Shown: positions 20,401 to 29,955 of the stretch, one piece after another
Numbering within the stretch: position 1 is the first letter of the stretch
How the letters are laid out: the number at the start of each line of letters is the position of its first letter
Assembly (NCBI GenBank): GCA_965224025.1
Contig: OZ245033.1
Location: forward strand, 1,856,001-1,920,000
Reading direction: 5' to 3'
From: Candidatus Multivorans sp.
Lineage (GTDB): Bacteria; Acidobacteriota; Thermoanaerobaculia; Multivoradales; Multivoraceae
DNA: 64,000 bases
The notes under the pieces: generated by a model
What the model was told of the DNA's origin: nothing
Databases searched by the model: none
What the model saw: only the letters and a program-made list of their open reading frames with translations
Made by a program: the position numbers and the translations under genes

Positions 20401-20753
20401 TCGGCAGCCGAAACGAATCGGCCGACGCCCACCTCCTGGGCTGCGGTCAGGAGCTCGATAAGGTCGCCGTCCAGGGCCCGGACCCTGCCACGGCTCGGTC
20501 TCTGCTGGGCGACTGGACGGCGGTCTGGCAGGAGAGCCGGCGGCGCCCCCTGCCCTTCTTCGCCGCAACGTCGTGGGAGTGGCTGGAGAGGGAAAGCTGG
20601 AACTACAAGGTCGAACGCGTGTGGTCGGACAAGAGCTACAGCGAGGGCAACAAAGCCTCCCATCAGCTCATCTTCAACGGCGTGGCGGAGAGCGTCGAGT
20701 TCGAGGATCTGGCCCGGCGCCTGCTGGGCCCGCTCAGGAAGGCCAGCTCGTGA
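17490..20753 (+). CDS. recC: Exodeoxyribonuclease V gamma subunit
   Basis: ASNRLETL, LADRLA..FDHCRVYRP, NELLDVWG, HVCHSPTREVEILHDRL, DRFAFLEALLAAR, HPLQPFS. Confidence 0.93.
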   Translation: MPRPPHAAGSGEQLPLLTSQPDTPLQLHASNRLETLAARLADRMRQSPAEPLEPERLVVPDALLGQWLRLELAGHLGVAAHLRVELPAEFAWAAMREEVKGLTGDSVYGPPYLRWRIFDRLGDWAEHDEIARYLEDGDPRKRFELADRLAVAFDHCRVYRPESIRAWQRGSADGWHARLWADLAAADTEPRHWVDAIDRYRDALAARTAAAPRNRVSLFHVAQMSPTYVEVLRLAASVMDVHVYVLSPSRRFWTVPAAPSGRRKAEHAGEAGEANELLDVWGRSARDLRDQLFAEPNAVVMASGPREDDVPRAATCLAALQHDILGAAPDARVSRAEPTGPDDSIQLHVCHSPTREVEILHDRLLGIFDTHEGIEPADVLVLTPDIDTYAPLVEAVFGAAGRIGFSIGARRLKEGAALTAFLDLLALPASRYTASDLLAPLLAESVRGRFGISDTDLATLRGAVARSRIRWGTDGEHRTELDVPASANHNWRRGLDRLVLGYALDEDDVLAGGINPCALDRWGFHDGAADYELLGRFHRYCDLAVGLGGWMKAEREAGGWADRLRSDVLDGFFDAGIRSGSEAAREVRTVSRLIEEFDDECRQAGNAGPIPFPVLRGVLNDLAAQSVRSAPRLADGIAVASLASGEVFPANVVCTVGMNDRAFPRRSPPEVFDFEAELFDREKPRPGDPDRRDGDRFAFLEALLAARNCFVVTCTGRDLQEDKPIPPSVLVSELLDYLTERFPAQEPEPRDRWRTEHPLQPFSRRYFEADEPNLFSFSRPMLQAAKALRSRGEEPRRFEGELAAEQADGAPVEVELEDLIRFSESPSKDFLRNRLGMALTTREDDVENEPLDLNPLEVWQLKSDLIGKDELNDEATLELAAARGLLPAANLGRIQHRQSAAQVAELDKELKKFDAHREAPVQGLEVELEGVRLVGAVNRFHTQSNELLFWRIGRVRPKDRIATWLRLLALIGSRNESADAHLLGCGQELDKVAVQGPDPATARSLLGDWTAVWQESRRRPLPFFAATSWEWLERESWNYKVERVWSDKSYSEGNKASHQLIFNGVAESVEFEDLARRLLGPLRKASS

Positions 20754-23700
20754 ACGCGGGCAGCGCACGCGACGACGCGTTCCAGGCGCCTCTGGACGCG
20801 GACCTGCTGATCGAGGCCAGCGCCGGAACGGGAAAGACCTTCGCCCTGACCACGCTGGTCGCCCGCCTGGTCGTCGAGGAAGATCGCGGCATCGACGATC
20901 TCCTCGTCGTCACCTTCACCGTGGCCGCCGCCGGCGAACTGCGGGCACGGGTCCGGCGCACGCTGCACGCCGCGCGCAGGGCCGTCGCCGGGGCCGGCGC
21001 AGGGCCCGGCGACGGCGACCAGGCGCCGAAGCTCCAGAGGGCGTGGCAGTCGGCGAACGTCACGGACCAGGAAGCGCACGACCGGCTCGTCCGGGCGCTT
21101 CGCGACTTCGACCGGGCGACGATCACGACGATTCACGGCTTCTGCCAGCAGGCTCTGAACGAGTTCGCGCTTCCCGCCGGCATTCCGTTCTCCTTCGAGG
21201 TCAGCGGCGACGACGCGCTGGCGGTGGGCGACGGGCTGCGCGACTTCTGGAGACGCCGGATGGTCGACGAACCGATCGCCCTCCTCGAGTACGCCAAGTC
21301 GCGGGGTTTCGTTCCCGACAAGGACACGGCCGGTTGGGTCTCGGGCCATCACGCGCGGCCGCAGGAGATCCGGGGCGTCTCCCGGAACCTGGAGGCGGCT
21401 CTGCGCTCGAAGCGGGCGGAGTGGCTCGCGGCGCTTCGTCAGGCCGAGCAGGCCTGGGCAGACGGCGGGCGGGCCGCGTTCCTGAAGGTCGTCCACGGGC
21501 ACCAGTGGTACAAGGGAAAGCGGAACGACCAGCACGTCGCGACCCTCGTCGCCGCGTTCGATTCCGGCAACGCGGAGGATCTGGCGCCGGACTTCGCCGG
21601 AGAGTTCGGCCGCGAGAAGCTGACCTCGCTGCTACAGAAGCACAACCCGCCCCCGGACGACGTTCCGCTGTTCGACGTCCTCCAGCTTGTCGGCGAGAAG
21701 GGCAAAGCCTACGGACAAGCCTGGCTGGCCGGACAGCGCCGCCGGCTTCTGAAGGACATCAGAAACACCCTGCATCACGACGCCTGGAGCGACCGCAGCC
21801 TGAGCTTCGACGCCCTGCTGGTGGAGCTTCACCACGCGCTCGCCGAAGCGCGAGGACCGGAGCTCGCGCAACGGATTCGCGACCGCTACCCCGTCGGTCT
21901 GATCGACGAGTTCCAGGATACGGACCGCCTGCAGGCCGAGATCTTCAGAACGATCTACCCGGGCGACGGCACCCCCGCGAACGGCCGGTTGTTCGTCGTC
22001 GGCGACCCGAAGCAGTCGATCTACCGCTTCCGCGGCGCCGACGTCTTCGCCTACCTGGAGGCCCAGGACCGGCTTTGCGCGGCGCGAGAACCTCTCCGGC
22101 TGGAACACAACTACCGGTCGACGCCGGGGCTGATCCGCGCCGTCGGCGAACTGTTCTCCCGCCCTCGACCGTTCCTGCTGCCGAAGTTCACGTTCGAGCC
22201 GTCCCGGCCGGCCGCGCGCGAGCGCGCCGAGCTGGTCGTCGAAGACGCGGACGACGACCCCACGCCGTTCCAGTTCGTCCTGATTCCGAAGCGCCCGGGC
22301 GAGAAGCGCAACAAGTCGGACCTGGCCCGGATAGCGGCCCGGCAAGCGGCGGGCGAGATCGCCCGGCTGATCGCCCTCGGCCACGAAGGCAGAGCGGCGC
22401 TGGTCTCTGGCGACAGGAGCGAAAGGGAGCCCCTCGCGGGCGGCCAGATCGCCGTGCTGGTCCGCACCGGCGCCCAGGGCAAGGCCGTCGCCGAGGCGCT
22501 CCGAGAGCTCGAGGTCGCCAGCGTCGAACTCGGCACGGACAACATCTTCGACTCGGCGGAAGCGGCCGCGCTCCACCGCCTTCTCCGCGCCCTGTGCCTG
22601 GACGGATCGGAGTACAACGCCACGTCCTTGCTGCGGGGAGCGCTCGCCGCCGACCTGTTCGACCTGGACATGCAGGAACTGGCCGGGCTCCGGGACGACG
22701 ACGACGTGTGGGACCACTGGCGGGAGCTCGCGCGCGAGTGGGCCGACGTCTGGCAGCAACAGGGAGTCGCCACGCTCATGCGGCGCATCCTGTTCGCCGG
22801 CGAGCCGGACTGTTCCGCCAACCTGCTCCGCTACCCGGACGGTCCGCGCCGGCTGACGAACTACCTCCACCTGAGCGACTTGCTCCACGAGGCGGAAACC
22901 AGGAGCCGACCCTCGCGCCACGGCTTGGTGGAATGGTTCCGCCAATCGAGATCCGACTCCCGCCCGAGCGACGAGACGGCCCAGCTTCGGCTGGAGAGCG
23001 ACGAGAACCTGGTGAAGATCGTCACCGTCCACCGCGCCAAGGGACTCGAGTTTCCGATCGTCTTCTGCCCCTTCGCATGGGATGGCCGGCGGCCCAGATC
23101 GGGCAAGCAGAGAAGACCGACCGTCGACTACTACGACGAGACCTCCCGAGCGCAGGTGCTCGACCTGAGCCCGGACGACCCGGCCCACGACCGCGAGCGG
23201 GTCGAGGAGCATGCCGACGAACTACGGCTGCTCTACGTGGCGCTGACTCGCGCCCAATACCGCACCGTCCTGACCTGGGCGCCGGACGGGCAGGCCGAGT
23301 TCACGCCGATGGCCTGGCTCCTTCACGGCCGCGACCGCGCGCTGCCCGCCGAGCCCGCGGAAGCGTTGGCCGACCTCGCGAAACATGTAAAGAGCCTCGG
23401 CCCGGACGAATGGCTCCAGCAGGTACAGGAGTTCGCCGCGCAGGCGCCGGGGGTCATCTCGACCCGCGAGACCGCTGCGAAGGCATCCCCGGCTCCGACG
23501 CCCGCCGAGCCGGCCGAAACCGCGGACCTCTCGGCCCGTGAGCTCCGCAGCAAGCTGAAGCTGATCCGGCAGCGGACGAGCTACTCGGCCCTGTCGACCG
23601 ACCCGAGCCCGCGTGTGCCCGTGCGCGACCGCGACGAAGTCGATCTGGTCCAGGCCGGCGAGGCGCCCGCCCCGGAGGAGCCGGAGACGGACGAGTCTCA

Positions 23701-24466
23701 GGAAGAACCGGGCCCGTCGATCTTCTCGCTCCCCGCCGGCGGCCGAACCGGCAGGTGCCTGCACGAGATCTTCGAACGGCTGCTCGGCAACCCCGAACCG
23801 CCGGAGCTCGACGAGGTCTGCAAGGACGCCCTCTCCCGTTACGGGTTCGGGCAGCAGTGGCTGCCGGTGACGCGATCGCTGATCGCCAACGCGCTCGACA
23901 CTCCGCTCACGCGGCCCGGCGAGGCGGGAGGCGTCTTCCGGCTCTCCGACCTCGAGAAGGCGGTCGCCGAGATGGAGTTCCATGTGCCGGTTCGAGCCCT
24001 CAGGCAACCGGAGCTCGGTCGTCGCCTGGAGGAGCACGGCTACGACCACCGGCTTGCCGACGACGACAACCGGATCGACGGCTTCCTGCACGGCTACATC
24101 GATCTGGTGGCGCTGCACGATGGCCTCTGGTACCTCATCGATTACAAGTCGAACCGCTTGGGCCCCGATCTTTCGGCGTTCTCGGAGCAGGCGCTCGCCG
24201 AGGCGATGCGAGAGCACGGCTACCACGTCCAGTACCTGCTCTACCTGACCGCGCTGCACCGCCTGCTGCGGCTTCGGCTGGCCGACTACGACTACGACCG
24301 CCACATCGGCGGCGCGTTCTACCTCTTCCTGCGCGGCATGCGGCCGAACGCTCCCGGCAGCGGCGTGTTCCGGGACCGGCCGCCCCGCGCCTGCATCGAG
24401 GCGCTCGATGCCATCCTGAACGATGGCGGGAACGAAGCAGCGAGCGACGGAGCGACCGCGTCATGA
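20750..24466 (+). CDS. recB: Exodeoxyribonuclease V beta subunit
   Basis: EASAGTGKT, TIHGFC, LIDEFQDTD, VGDPKQSIYRFRGAD, TVHRAKGLEF, LLYVALTRA, GYIDL...DYKSN nuclease domain; GTGA overlap. Confidence 0.95.
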   Translation: MNAGSARDDAFQAPLDADLLIEASAGTGKTFALTTLVARLVVEEDRGIDDLLVVTFTVAAAGELRARVRRTLHAARRAVAGAGAGPGDGDQAPKLQRAWQSANVTDQEAHDRLVRALRDFDRATITTIHGFCQQALNEFALPAGIPFSFEVSGDDALAVGDGLRDFWRRRMVDEPIALLEYAKSRGFVPDKDTAGWVSGHHARPQEIRGVSRNLEAALRSKRAEWLAALRQAEQAWADGGRAAFLKVVHGHQWYKGKRNDQHVATLVAAFDSGNAEDLAPDFAGEFGREKLTSLLQKHNPPPDDVPLFDVLQLVGEKGKAYGQAWLAGQRRRLLKDIRNTLHHDAWSDRSLSFDALLVELHHALAEARGPELAQRIRDRYPVGLIDEFQDTDRLQAEIFRTIYPGDGTPANGRLFVVGDPKQSIYRFRGADVFAYLEAQDRLCAAREPLRLEHNYRSTPGLIRAVGELFSRPRPFLLPKFTFEPSRPAARERAELVVEDADDDPTPFQFVLIPKRPGEKRNKSDLARIAARQAAGEIARLIALGHEGRAALVSGDRSEREPLAGGQIAVLVRTGAQGKAVAEALRELEVASVELGTDNIFDSAEAAALHRLLRALCLDGSEYNATSLLRGALAADLFDLDMQELAGLRDDDDVWDHWRELAREWADVWQQQGVATLMRRILFAGEPDCSANLLRYPDGPRRLTNYLHLSDLLHEAETRSRPSRHGLVEWFRQSRSDSRPSDETAQLRLESDENLVKIVTVHRAKGLEFPIVFCPFAWDGRRPRSGKQRRPTVDYYDETSRAQVLDLSPDDPAHDRERVEEHADELRLLYVALTRAQYRTVLTWAPDGQAEFTPMAWLLHGRDRALPAEPAEALADLAKHVKSLGPDEWLQQVQEFAAQAPGVISTRETAAKASPAPTPAEPAETADLSARELRSKLKLIRQRTSYSALSTDPSPRVPVRDRDEVDLVQAGEAPAPEEPETDESQEEPGPSIFSLPAGGRTGRCLHEIFERLLGNPEPPELDEVCKDALSRYGFGQQWLPVTRSLIANALDTPLTRPGEAGGVFRLSDLEKAVAEMEFHVPVRALRQPELGRRLEEHGYDHRLADDDNRIDGFLHGYIDLVALHDGLWYLIDYKSNRLGPDLSAFSEQALAEAMREHGYHVQYLLYLTALHRLLRLRLADYDYDRHIGGAFYLFLRGMRPNAPGSGVFRDRPPRACIEALDAILNDGGNEAASDGATAS

Positions 24467-26223
24467 GGCGCCACGCCCGCATCGCGGCGCTGACCGAAGC
24501 CGGCGTCCTGGCCGAGATCGACCGCTGCTTCGCCCTGCTCCTGATGGACCTGGGCGCCGGTGAGGACGCGGCACTGGCCGCCGCCGTCACCAGCGCGGTC
24601 CACCGGAGCGGGCACACCTGCCTCGACCTGCGGGACACAAGTCGCCCGATCGCCGAACTGGTCGAACAGCCCGAAGTGAACCTCCCGGAAAAGGCTCAGG
24701 ACCCGGAAATGCTGGAGATCGCGCTGCCCCGGCGCGAGGCTCTGCTTGAAATGCTGCCGAAGAGCCCGGTCGTCGCCGCGGGAGAAGGTCCTGCGGCCGA
24801 GCGGCCTCTCGTCCTCGACCGCGACCGCCTCTACCTGCACCGCCTGTTCGATGCCGAGTGCCGTCTCGCCGAGCGGCTGGTCGCGCTGGCCATGGACAGC
24901 GAGTCGATTCCCGGCAGCGAACAGGCGATCCGCCGGATGTTCGACGAGCGGGAAGACCGGACCACGGAGGCCGTCGCCGCGCTCCGCACCGCGATCGAAC
25001 GCCGGCTGTGCATCGTCACCGGCGGACCCGGCACCGGCAAGACGACCCTCGCGGCCAAGCTGATCGTCATCCTGGTGGCCCAGGGCCTGGCCGACCCGCG
25101 GCGCATCGGGCTGGCGGCGCCGACGGGCAAGGCCGCCTCGCGCATCCAGGAATCCGTGCGCGGAAAGCTCGGCCAGCCGCCGCTCGACGACGTTCCGGGA
25201 ATCCGGGAGTTCCCGGCCGAGGCCTGGACAATCCATCGGATGCTGGCGAGCCGGACCAGCCGCTTGAGCCGCCTCGACGCGCTGGTCGTTGACGAGTGCT
25301 CGATGGCCGACCTGCGGCTGATGGATCGCCTCGCGACGGCCCTGCCGCCACGGTGCCGGCTGATCCTCCTGGGCGACGCGAACCAGTTGTCTTCGGTGGA
25401 ACCGGGCTCCGTCTTCAGCGACCTCTGCAAGGCCGGGGAAGCGGGGCCGCTAGCCTGTTCCGTCACGACGCTGAGGAAGAACTACCGCTTTGCCGAGCGC
25501 TCGGGCATCGGCCGGCTGGCCCGGGCCGTCGTCGCCGGCGACGCCGCCGGCGCGGCCGCCGTCCTGCGAGAAGGATCCGATGCGGAGACCCGTCTTGAAC
25601 CGCTCGAGGACGAGGACGCCTTCGACCGTTTCGTCGACGAGTGTGCAGCGACCTGGGCCGATCACATCGCGAAGCTCAAGGCAGACCCTCGGGCCGCCGC
25701 TCCCTTCCCCTCGGAGCGGGTGCTTTGCAGCCACCGGCGGGGTCCATTCGGGACGCAGCGTTTCAACCGCCTGGTCGAGCGCCGTCTCGCTCGATCGCGG
25801 CGCCGGTCGGGTGACGACGAGTTCTACGTCGGACGCCCGGTCATCGTCAGCCGCAACGATCGGCAAACGAACCTCTCGAACGGCGACACCGGCGTCGTCG
25901 TGCCGGGCGACTCGGGGCGTCCGCAGGTCTGGTTCCCGGATCTCGACCGTGCCGGCGAGCGGCACCTCGTCTCGCTCGCCCGCCTGCCGCAGCACGAGAG
26001 CTTCTTCGCCCTCACCGTCCACCGCGCGCAGGGTTCGGAGTACGACGACCTCGTCTTCATCCCCGGCCCCGCGGAGTCGCGAGCGAACACGCGGGAGCTG
26101 TTCTACACGGCCGTGACCCGGGCGCGCCAGCGCGTGACCGTCATGGCAAGCGAGAAGGCCGTCCGCGCGGCGGTCCTGCGGTCAACGTCCCGCTCCACCG
26201 GGCTGCTGGACCGGCTCCGCTAG
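24463..26223 (+). CDS. recD: Exodeoxyribonuclease V alpha subunit
   Basis: LYLHR, TGGPGTGKTT, APTGKAA, TIHRML, VDECSM, GDANQL, TVHRAQGSEY, YTAVTRAR; ATGA overlap. Confidence 0.95.
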   Translation: MRRHARIAALTEAGVLAEIDRCFALLLMDLGAGEDAALAAAVTSAVHRSGHTCLDLRDTSRPIAELVEQPEVNLPEKAQDPEMLEIALPRREALLEMLPKSPVVAAGEGPAAERPLVLDRDRLYLHRLFDAECRLAERLVALAMDSESIPGSEQAIRRMFDEREDRTTEAVAALRTAIERRLCIVTGGPGTGKTTLAAKLIVILVAQGLADPRRIGLAAPTGKAASRIQESVRGKLGQPPLDDVPGIREFPAEAWTIHRMLASRTSRLSRLDALVVDECSMADLRLMDRLATALPPRCRLILLGDANQLSSVEPGSVFSDLCKAGEAGPLACSVTTLRKNYRFAERSGIGRLARAVVAGDAAGAAAVLREGSDAETRLEPLEDEDAFDRFVDECAATWADHIAKLKADPRAAAPFPSERVLCSHRRGPFGTQRFNRLVERRLARSRRRSGDDEFYVGRPVIVSRNDRQTNLSNGDTGVVVPGDSGRPQVWFPDLDRAGERHLVSLARLPQHESFFALTVHRAQGSEYDDLVFIPGPAESRANTRELFYTAVTRARQRVTVMASEKAVRAAVLRSTSRSTGLLDRLR

Positions 26224-27636
26224 CTACCCGCCGCCGCCGACCGTTCCTTCGCTCCCGTCGCTGTCCGCGCCCTGACGCTGCTGCTGGCGGAAACGGCGGA
26301 ACAGCTTGCCCTGTTCCTCCTCGCTCAACGAGTCCCAGTCGATTCCGAACTGCTCCTTGATCTGCTTCTTGAAGCTCTCGGCATTGAAGCGCTGACCGCC
26401 GAGGAAGCCGGTGTTCTCCGGCTTGTAACCCGCCTCGGCGTCCGCGTAGGACACGAAGCCGAACATCATCTCGGACGTGGTCGGACCGCCGTAGACGACG
26501 GTCTTCGTCGGATCGGGGTTCGCCGGGTTGTCGGCCGAGTTGTCCCAGGCCATCGTCAACTCGATCTCGGTGCCGGCCGGGATCCGCTTGCCGCCAGCCG
26601 GGTACTTGTAGTGCGTCTGCCAGTTGAAGTCGTAACGCGGCACGTCCAGCAGCACCTCTTCGGCGCCGTCCGGGTACTTCGCTACGTAGCGGGCCGACTT
26701 GCCGCGCAGGTGCATGTGCGGCGTGTAGCCGAGCAGCAGCGCGTCGCGGTCGAACTTCGCGCTCGTCGTGGCGACGTAGTTCGAATCGCCCGGCGGAATC
26801 TGGAAGTCGAACTTGCCCATCGCGTTGTTCTGCATCACGTAGGTCGGCTCGTAGTCCGCCGGGTAGAACCGTAGCGCCACCGAAGAGCGATCCCAGGCGC
26901 CGGTGCCGGGCCCCGGCTCCTTGTGGTAGTGCATCTGCCAGCGGATGGTGGTGCCTGGCTTGACGAGCGTGCCGAAACCGTCGTTGTGAACCGTCGGGTC
27001 GTTGCCCGGAGCGATGCCGCCGAAGGGGCGAGCGATGATGTGGTGCACGACCGGGCCGCCCGGACGGAACTCGACCGCCTTGATCCAGCGCGGCTCAGGC
27101 AGCATCTCCTCCGTGATCGCGGTCTCGAAGTTGATGTACTGATCCTCGACGTCGTCCTCGACGAAGTAGTCCTGGCCCATGTCCATGACCAGGTCCGGCT
27201 CGCCGATCGTCCAGCCGTCGGTCGACTCCCACACCTTGGCCGGCGGCGCGTCAGCCGCGTCGCCCACCGGCGCTCCGCCCTTGGCCCAGGCGATCAGAGT
27301 CGCCTTCTGCTCCGCCGTCAGCGAGCGCTCGTTCACGAACACGCCCGCATGCTCCGGCGCCGCATGCCACGGCGGCATCAGGCCGGCTTCGACCTGGCGG
27401 GCGATGGAACGCGCCCAGGGCCGTGCTTCCTGGTAGCTGGTGAATGCCATCGGCGCCACCATGCCGCCCAGGTTCGCGCCGTTCGGGCGGTGACAGACCT
27501 GGCACTTCTCCTCCAGCACGGTTTGCACCGCGCCGTAGTAGGTCGGCGTCGCCGTCGGAGCGTCGTTGTTGTTGTTCGCCGCCGCTACAGGTGCGGCCAG
27601 CGCGAGGATCAGCAACAATCCGATCGCCTTCTTCAT
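26224..27636 (-). CDS. Secreted cytochrome c / copper type II monooxygenase-like protein
   Basis: Signal peptide, CQVCH heme motif, MPPW, VVHHII, QMHYH, PHMHLRGK, YDFNWQ, SEMM. Confidence 0.75.
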   Translation of the reverse strand: MKKAIGLLLILALAAPVAAANNNNDAPTATPTYYGAVQTVLEEKCQVCHRPNGANLGGMVAPMAFTSYQEARPWARSIARQVEAGLMPPWHAAPEHAGVFVNERSLTAEQKATLIAWAKGGAPVGDAADAPPAKVWESTDGWTIGEPDLVMDMGQDYFVEDDVEDQYINFETAITEEMLPEPRWIKAVEFRPGGPVVHHIIARPFGGIAPGNDPTVHNDGFGTLVKPGTTIRWQMHYHKEPGPGTGAWDRSSVALRFYPADYEPTYVMQNNAMGKFDFQIPPGDSNYVATTSAKFDRDALLLGYTPHMHLRGKSARYVAKYPDGAEEVLLDVPRYDFNWQTHYKYPAGGKRIPAGTEIELTMAWDNSADNPANPDPTKTVVYGGPTTSEMMFGFVSYADAEAGYKPENTGFLGGQRFNAESFKKQIKEQFGIDWDSLSEEEQGKLFRRFRQQQRQGADSDGSEGTVGGGG

Positions 27637-27711
27637 GGGTCGGGGTCTCCTCGGGTCGGGTTCTTCGGGCGCTAACTGCAACACCGTACCACAACGACCC
27701 CGAGTATTGTC

Positions 27712-28476
27712 TCAGTTTGACGGAGCTGGCCGAATCCCTCGAAGATTCTTCATGACGAAAGTCGCCTGGCTCCAGGCCGGAGCAAGAGCCCGGCGCCACC
27801 AGCGGATCTTCGACACCATCTTCTTGACGTCACTCAAGGCGGTCTCACGGGTCGCCTTCAGCGATTCATACTCGCACAGGAGGCTCAGAAGCCGTTTGAC
27901 CCCGGCCGGCTCCTCAGCTTCGATGGCGATCCTCTCCGCCCTACAGTCCTGATACCGCTCCTGAGTCATGGACCGCCAGTCGATCTTCGTGTGCAGTGCC
28001 CGGAACCTCTTGGCCAGAAGATGGTGCTCGGCAGCATGATCAGCGAACCTGTACGCGAGATTTAAGGCCACACTGGCTCCAGTCAACACCGAAAGTGTCC
28101 ACGGCAGCCAAGGAAGGTTCACGACCTGTTCAAGACGTGCCGCGACTCCTCCCGCGAAGAACACGGCTCCAACCAGAGTGCCGTTGTTCCAGCCGACGAA
28201 CCAACTCCGACGCCGATCGTGATACCGAATCGACATTTGCACGCCGACCTGGAGGGCGTAGGCGTTGCCCCTTAGCTGCTTTCGTCCGCCTCCGTTGGCG
28301 GTGGCGGCGGCGGCGGCACCGGATCGTCTACTCGGAAGTCCGGCTGTGGACTCTCTCTGGGACTGTCGATCGCCGGGCTGTCCCGTCTCTCGATCCATTC
28401 GCCCCTGTCCGGCGTTTCTCTGATCGACGGCCTTTCCCTTGGCGGTGGCGTCCTTGTTCTGTCTCTGGGCACTCAT
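27712..28476 (-). CDS. Two-TM protein, SLATT-like
   Basis: SIRYHDRRRSWF, two hydrophobic helices, then A.EH..LA.RF..L and IEAEEP. Low-complexity N-terminus, so the true start may be later. The stop codon lies inside the left arm. Confidence 0.55.
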   Translation of the reverse strand: MSAQRQNKDATAKGKAVDQRNAGQGRMDRETGQPGDRQSQRESTAGLPSRRSGAAAAATANGGGRKQLRGNAYALQVGVQMSIRYHDRRRSWFVGWNNGTLVGAVFFAGGVAARLEQVVNLPWLPWTLSVLTGASVALNLAYRFADHAAEHHLLAKRFRALHTKIDWRSMTQERYQDCRAERIAIEAEEPAGVKRLLSLLCEYESLKATRETALSDVKKMVSKIRWWRRALAPAWSQATFVMKNLRGIRPAPSN

Positions 28477-28564
28477 AGCCTCCCTGACTATAGGGCAGCT
28501 TCCAGAGGCAGCTTGTCGCGCGGCTAGCCTAGCAGGCCAGGGCAGGAGATGGGGCGGCCAGAGC

Positions 28565-28626
28565 TGTCCAATGAGAAGTGAGCCTGAAGGGGGGAGTGCT
28601 TATCCAACGAGAAGTGAGCCTGAAGG
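28565..28626 (+). repeat. IS left end: TG followed by two 24-bp direct repeats
   Basis: TCCAA(T/C)GAGAAGTGAGCCTGAAGG at 28567-28590 and 28603-28626, just upstream of the transposase. Confidence 0.75.
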
Positions 28627-28650
28627 TCGGGGATGGGAAACGATCGGAGG

Positions 28651-29523
28651 ATGATCGTGTCGTTCCAGACCCAGCGTCTTCAAAGCATCGAGCAGATTCG
28701 GGAGTTCGTGTCCTCGGGAGGGGACGCGATCTTCCGGCATAAGGACCGGCGGTCGGCGTACGAGTTCTGCCGCCGGTCGCTGGTCCAGTTCCGCTATCTG
28801 TCGCTCGGCAGGGCGGACAAGGGCACAGTCAGGTCGTACCTGGCCAAGGCGACCGGGTTCTCAAGAGCCCAGATTGCCCGCCTGATTCGACAGTACCGGG
28901 AGACGGGCCGTATCGTCGATCGTCGGGGTCCGCCGCGGCACGCCTTCGAGCGCCGCTGCACGAAGGCCGACATCGGCGTTCTGGCCGAGGTTGACGAGAC
29001 CCTTGATCAAGCTGTGCGGCCACAGCACCCGGGCGGTGATGCGCCGCCAGTACGAGAAGTACGGCGATGAGCGCTTCGCGCGTCTGGCCTACATCTCGCA
29101 CGGCCACTTCTACAACCTGCGCAAGGACGACGCTTACCGGCGGCGGCGCACGACGGTCCGGAAGACGCGCGCGACGACGGTGTCGATCGGCGACCGCCGC
29201 AAGCCCCGGCCGGAGGGCCGACCGGGCTTCCTGCGCGTCGACACGGTGCATCAGGGGGAGCGGGACGGCGAGAAGGGCGTGTACCACGTCAATCTCGTGG
29301 ACGAGGTGACGCAGTGGGAGCACGTGGCGACGGTGCGGGCCATTTCGGAGCGCTGTCTGCCGGTGCTCGAGAACTCATCGAGTCCTGCCCCTTCAAGGTC
29401 CTGGGCTTCCACGCCGACAACGGCTCCGAGTACGTCAACCACCGGGTCGCCAAGATGCTGAGCGAACTGCACGTCGCCGAGTTCACCAAGTCCCGCCCCC
29501 GGCGCAGCAACGACAACGGAGCC
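28651..29523 (+). pseudogene. DDE (integrase-core) transposase, two frameshifts and 3' truncation
   Basis: ORFs 28633, 28991 and 29314 join into ...GRPGFLRVDTVHQG...VDEVTQWE...FHADNGSEYVN...FTKSRPRRSNDNG, which then breaks off. No right end is visible. Confidence 0.85.
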
Positions 29524-29535
29524 GCCCCCGAAGCG

Positions 29536-29955
29536 CTACTCGGCCTCGTCGACCATCCGGTCCACGCACGCGGACCGGGCCTTGACCGCCTCCTCGAAGC
29601 ACGCCAGGTAGTCCTCGTTGCCCTCGAGGCCCCGAAGCATCCAGTCCAGGATCTCCAGTTCCTCGGTCTCGGCCTCGTTCAACGTCTCCAACAGCGCGGC
29701 TCGCGCCTGGCGCGGCTCCGGCGCCAAGAACCTCACGTCGTCGGCCGTAGTGCCGGGCACGAGCATCGCAAACGAGGCCGGCCACTCGAACATCAGGTAG
29801 GACATCCGGCCCAGGCGCTCGTCGTCGGCTTCCAGCAGGAAGGTCCGCAGCTCGGATCGCAGGTCGTCCTGAGCCGAGCAGGCCGTCAGGGCCGACAGAA
29901 GGCCGTACAGCGCCAGGAAGCCGACGCCGAACCGGGGGCCGCTACCACCGTCCAC
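29536..29955 (-). CDS. Hypothetical acidic lipoprotein
   Basis: Hydrophobic stretch ending LTAC; the start overlaps the end of the upstream ORF. Confidence 0.55.
   Translation of the reverse strand: MDGGSGPRFGVGFLALYGLLSALTACSAQDDLRSELRTFLLEADDERLGRMSYLMFEWPASFAMLVPGTTADDVRFLAPEPRQARAALLETLNEAETEELEILDWMLRGLEGNEDYLACFEEAVKARSACVDRMVDEAE

Noticed and set aside
28567-28626. Possible mini-CRISPR (two 24-bp repeats)
   Set aside because: Only a 12-bp gap and directly upstream of a transposase; better explained as an IS end.
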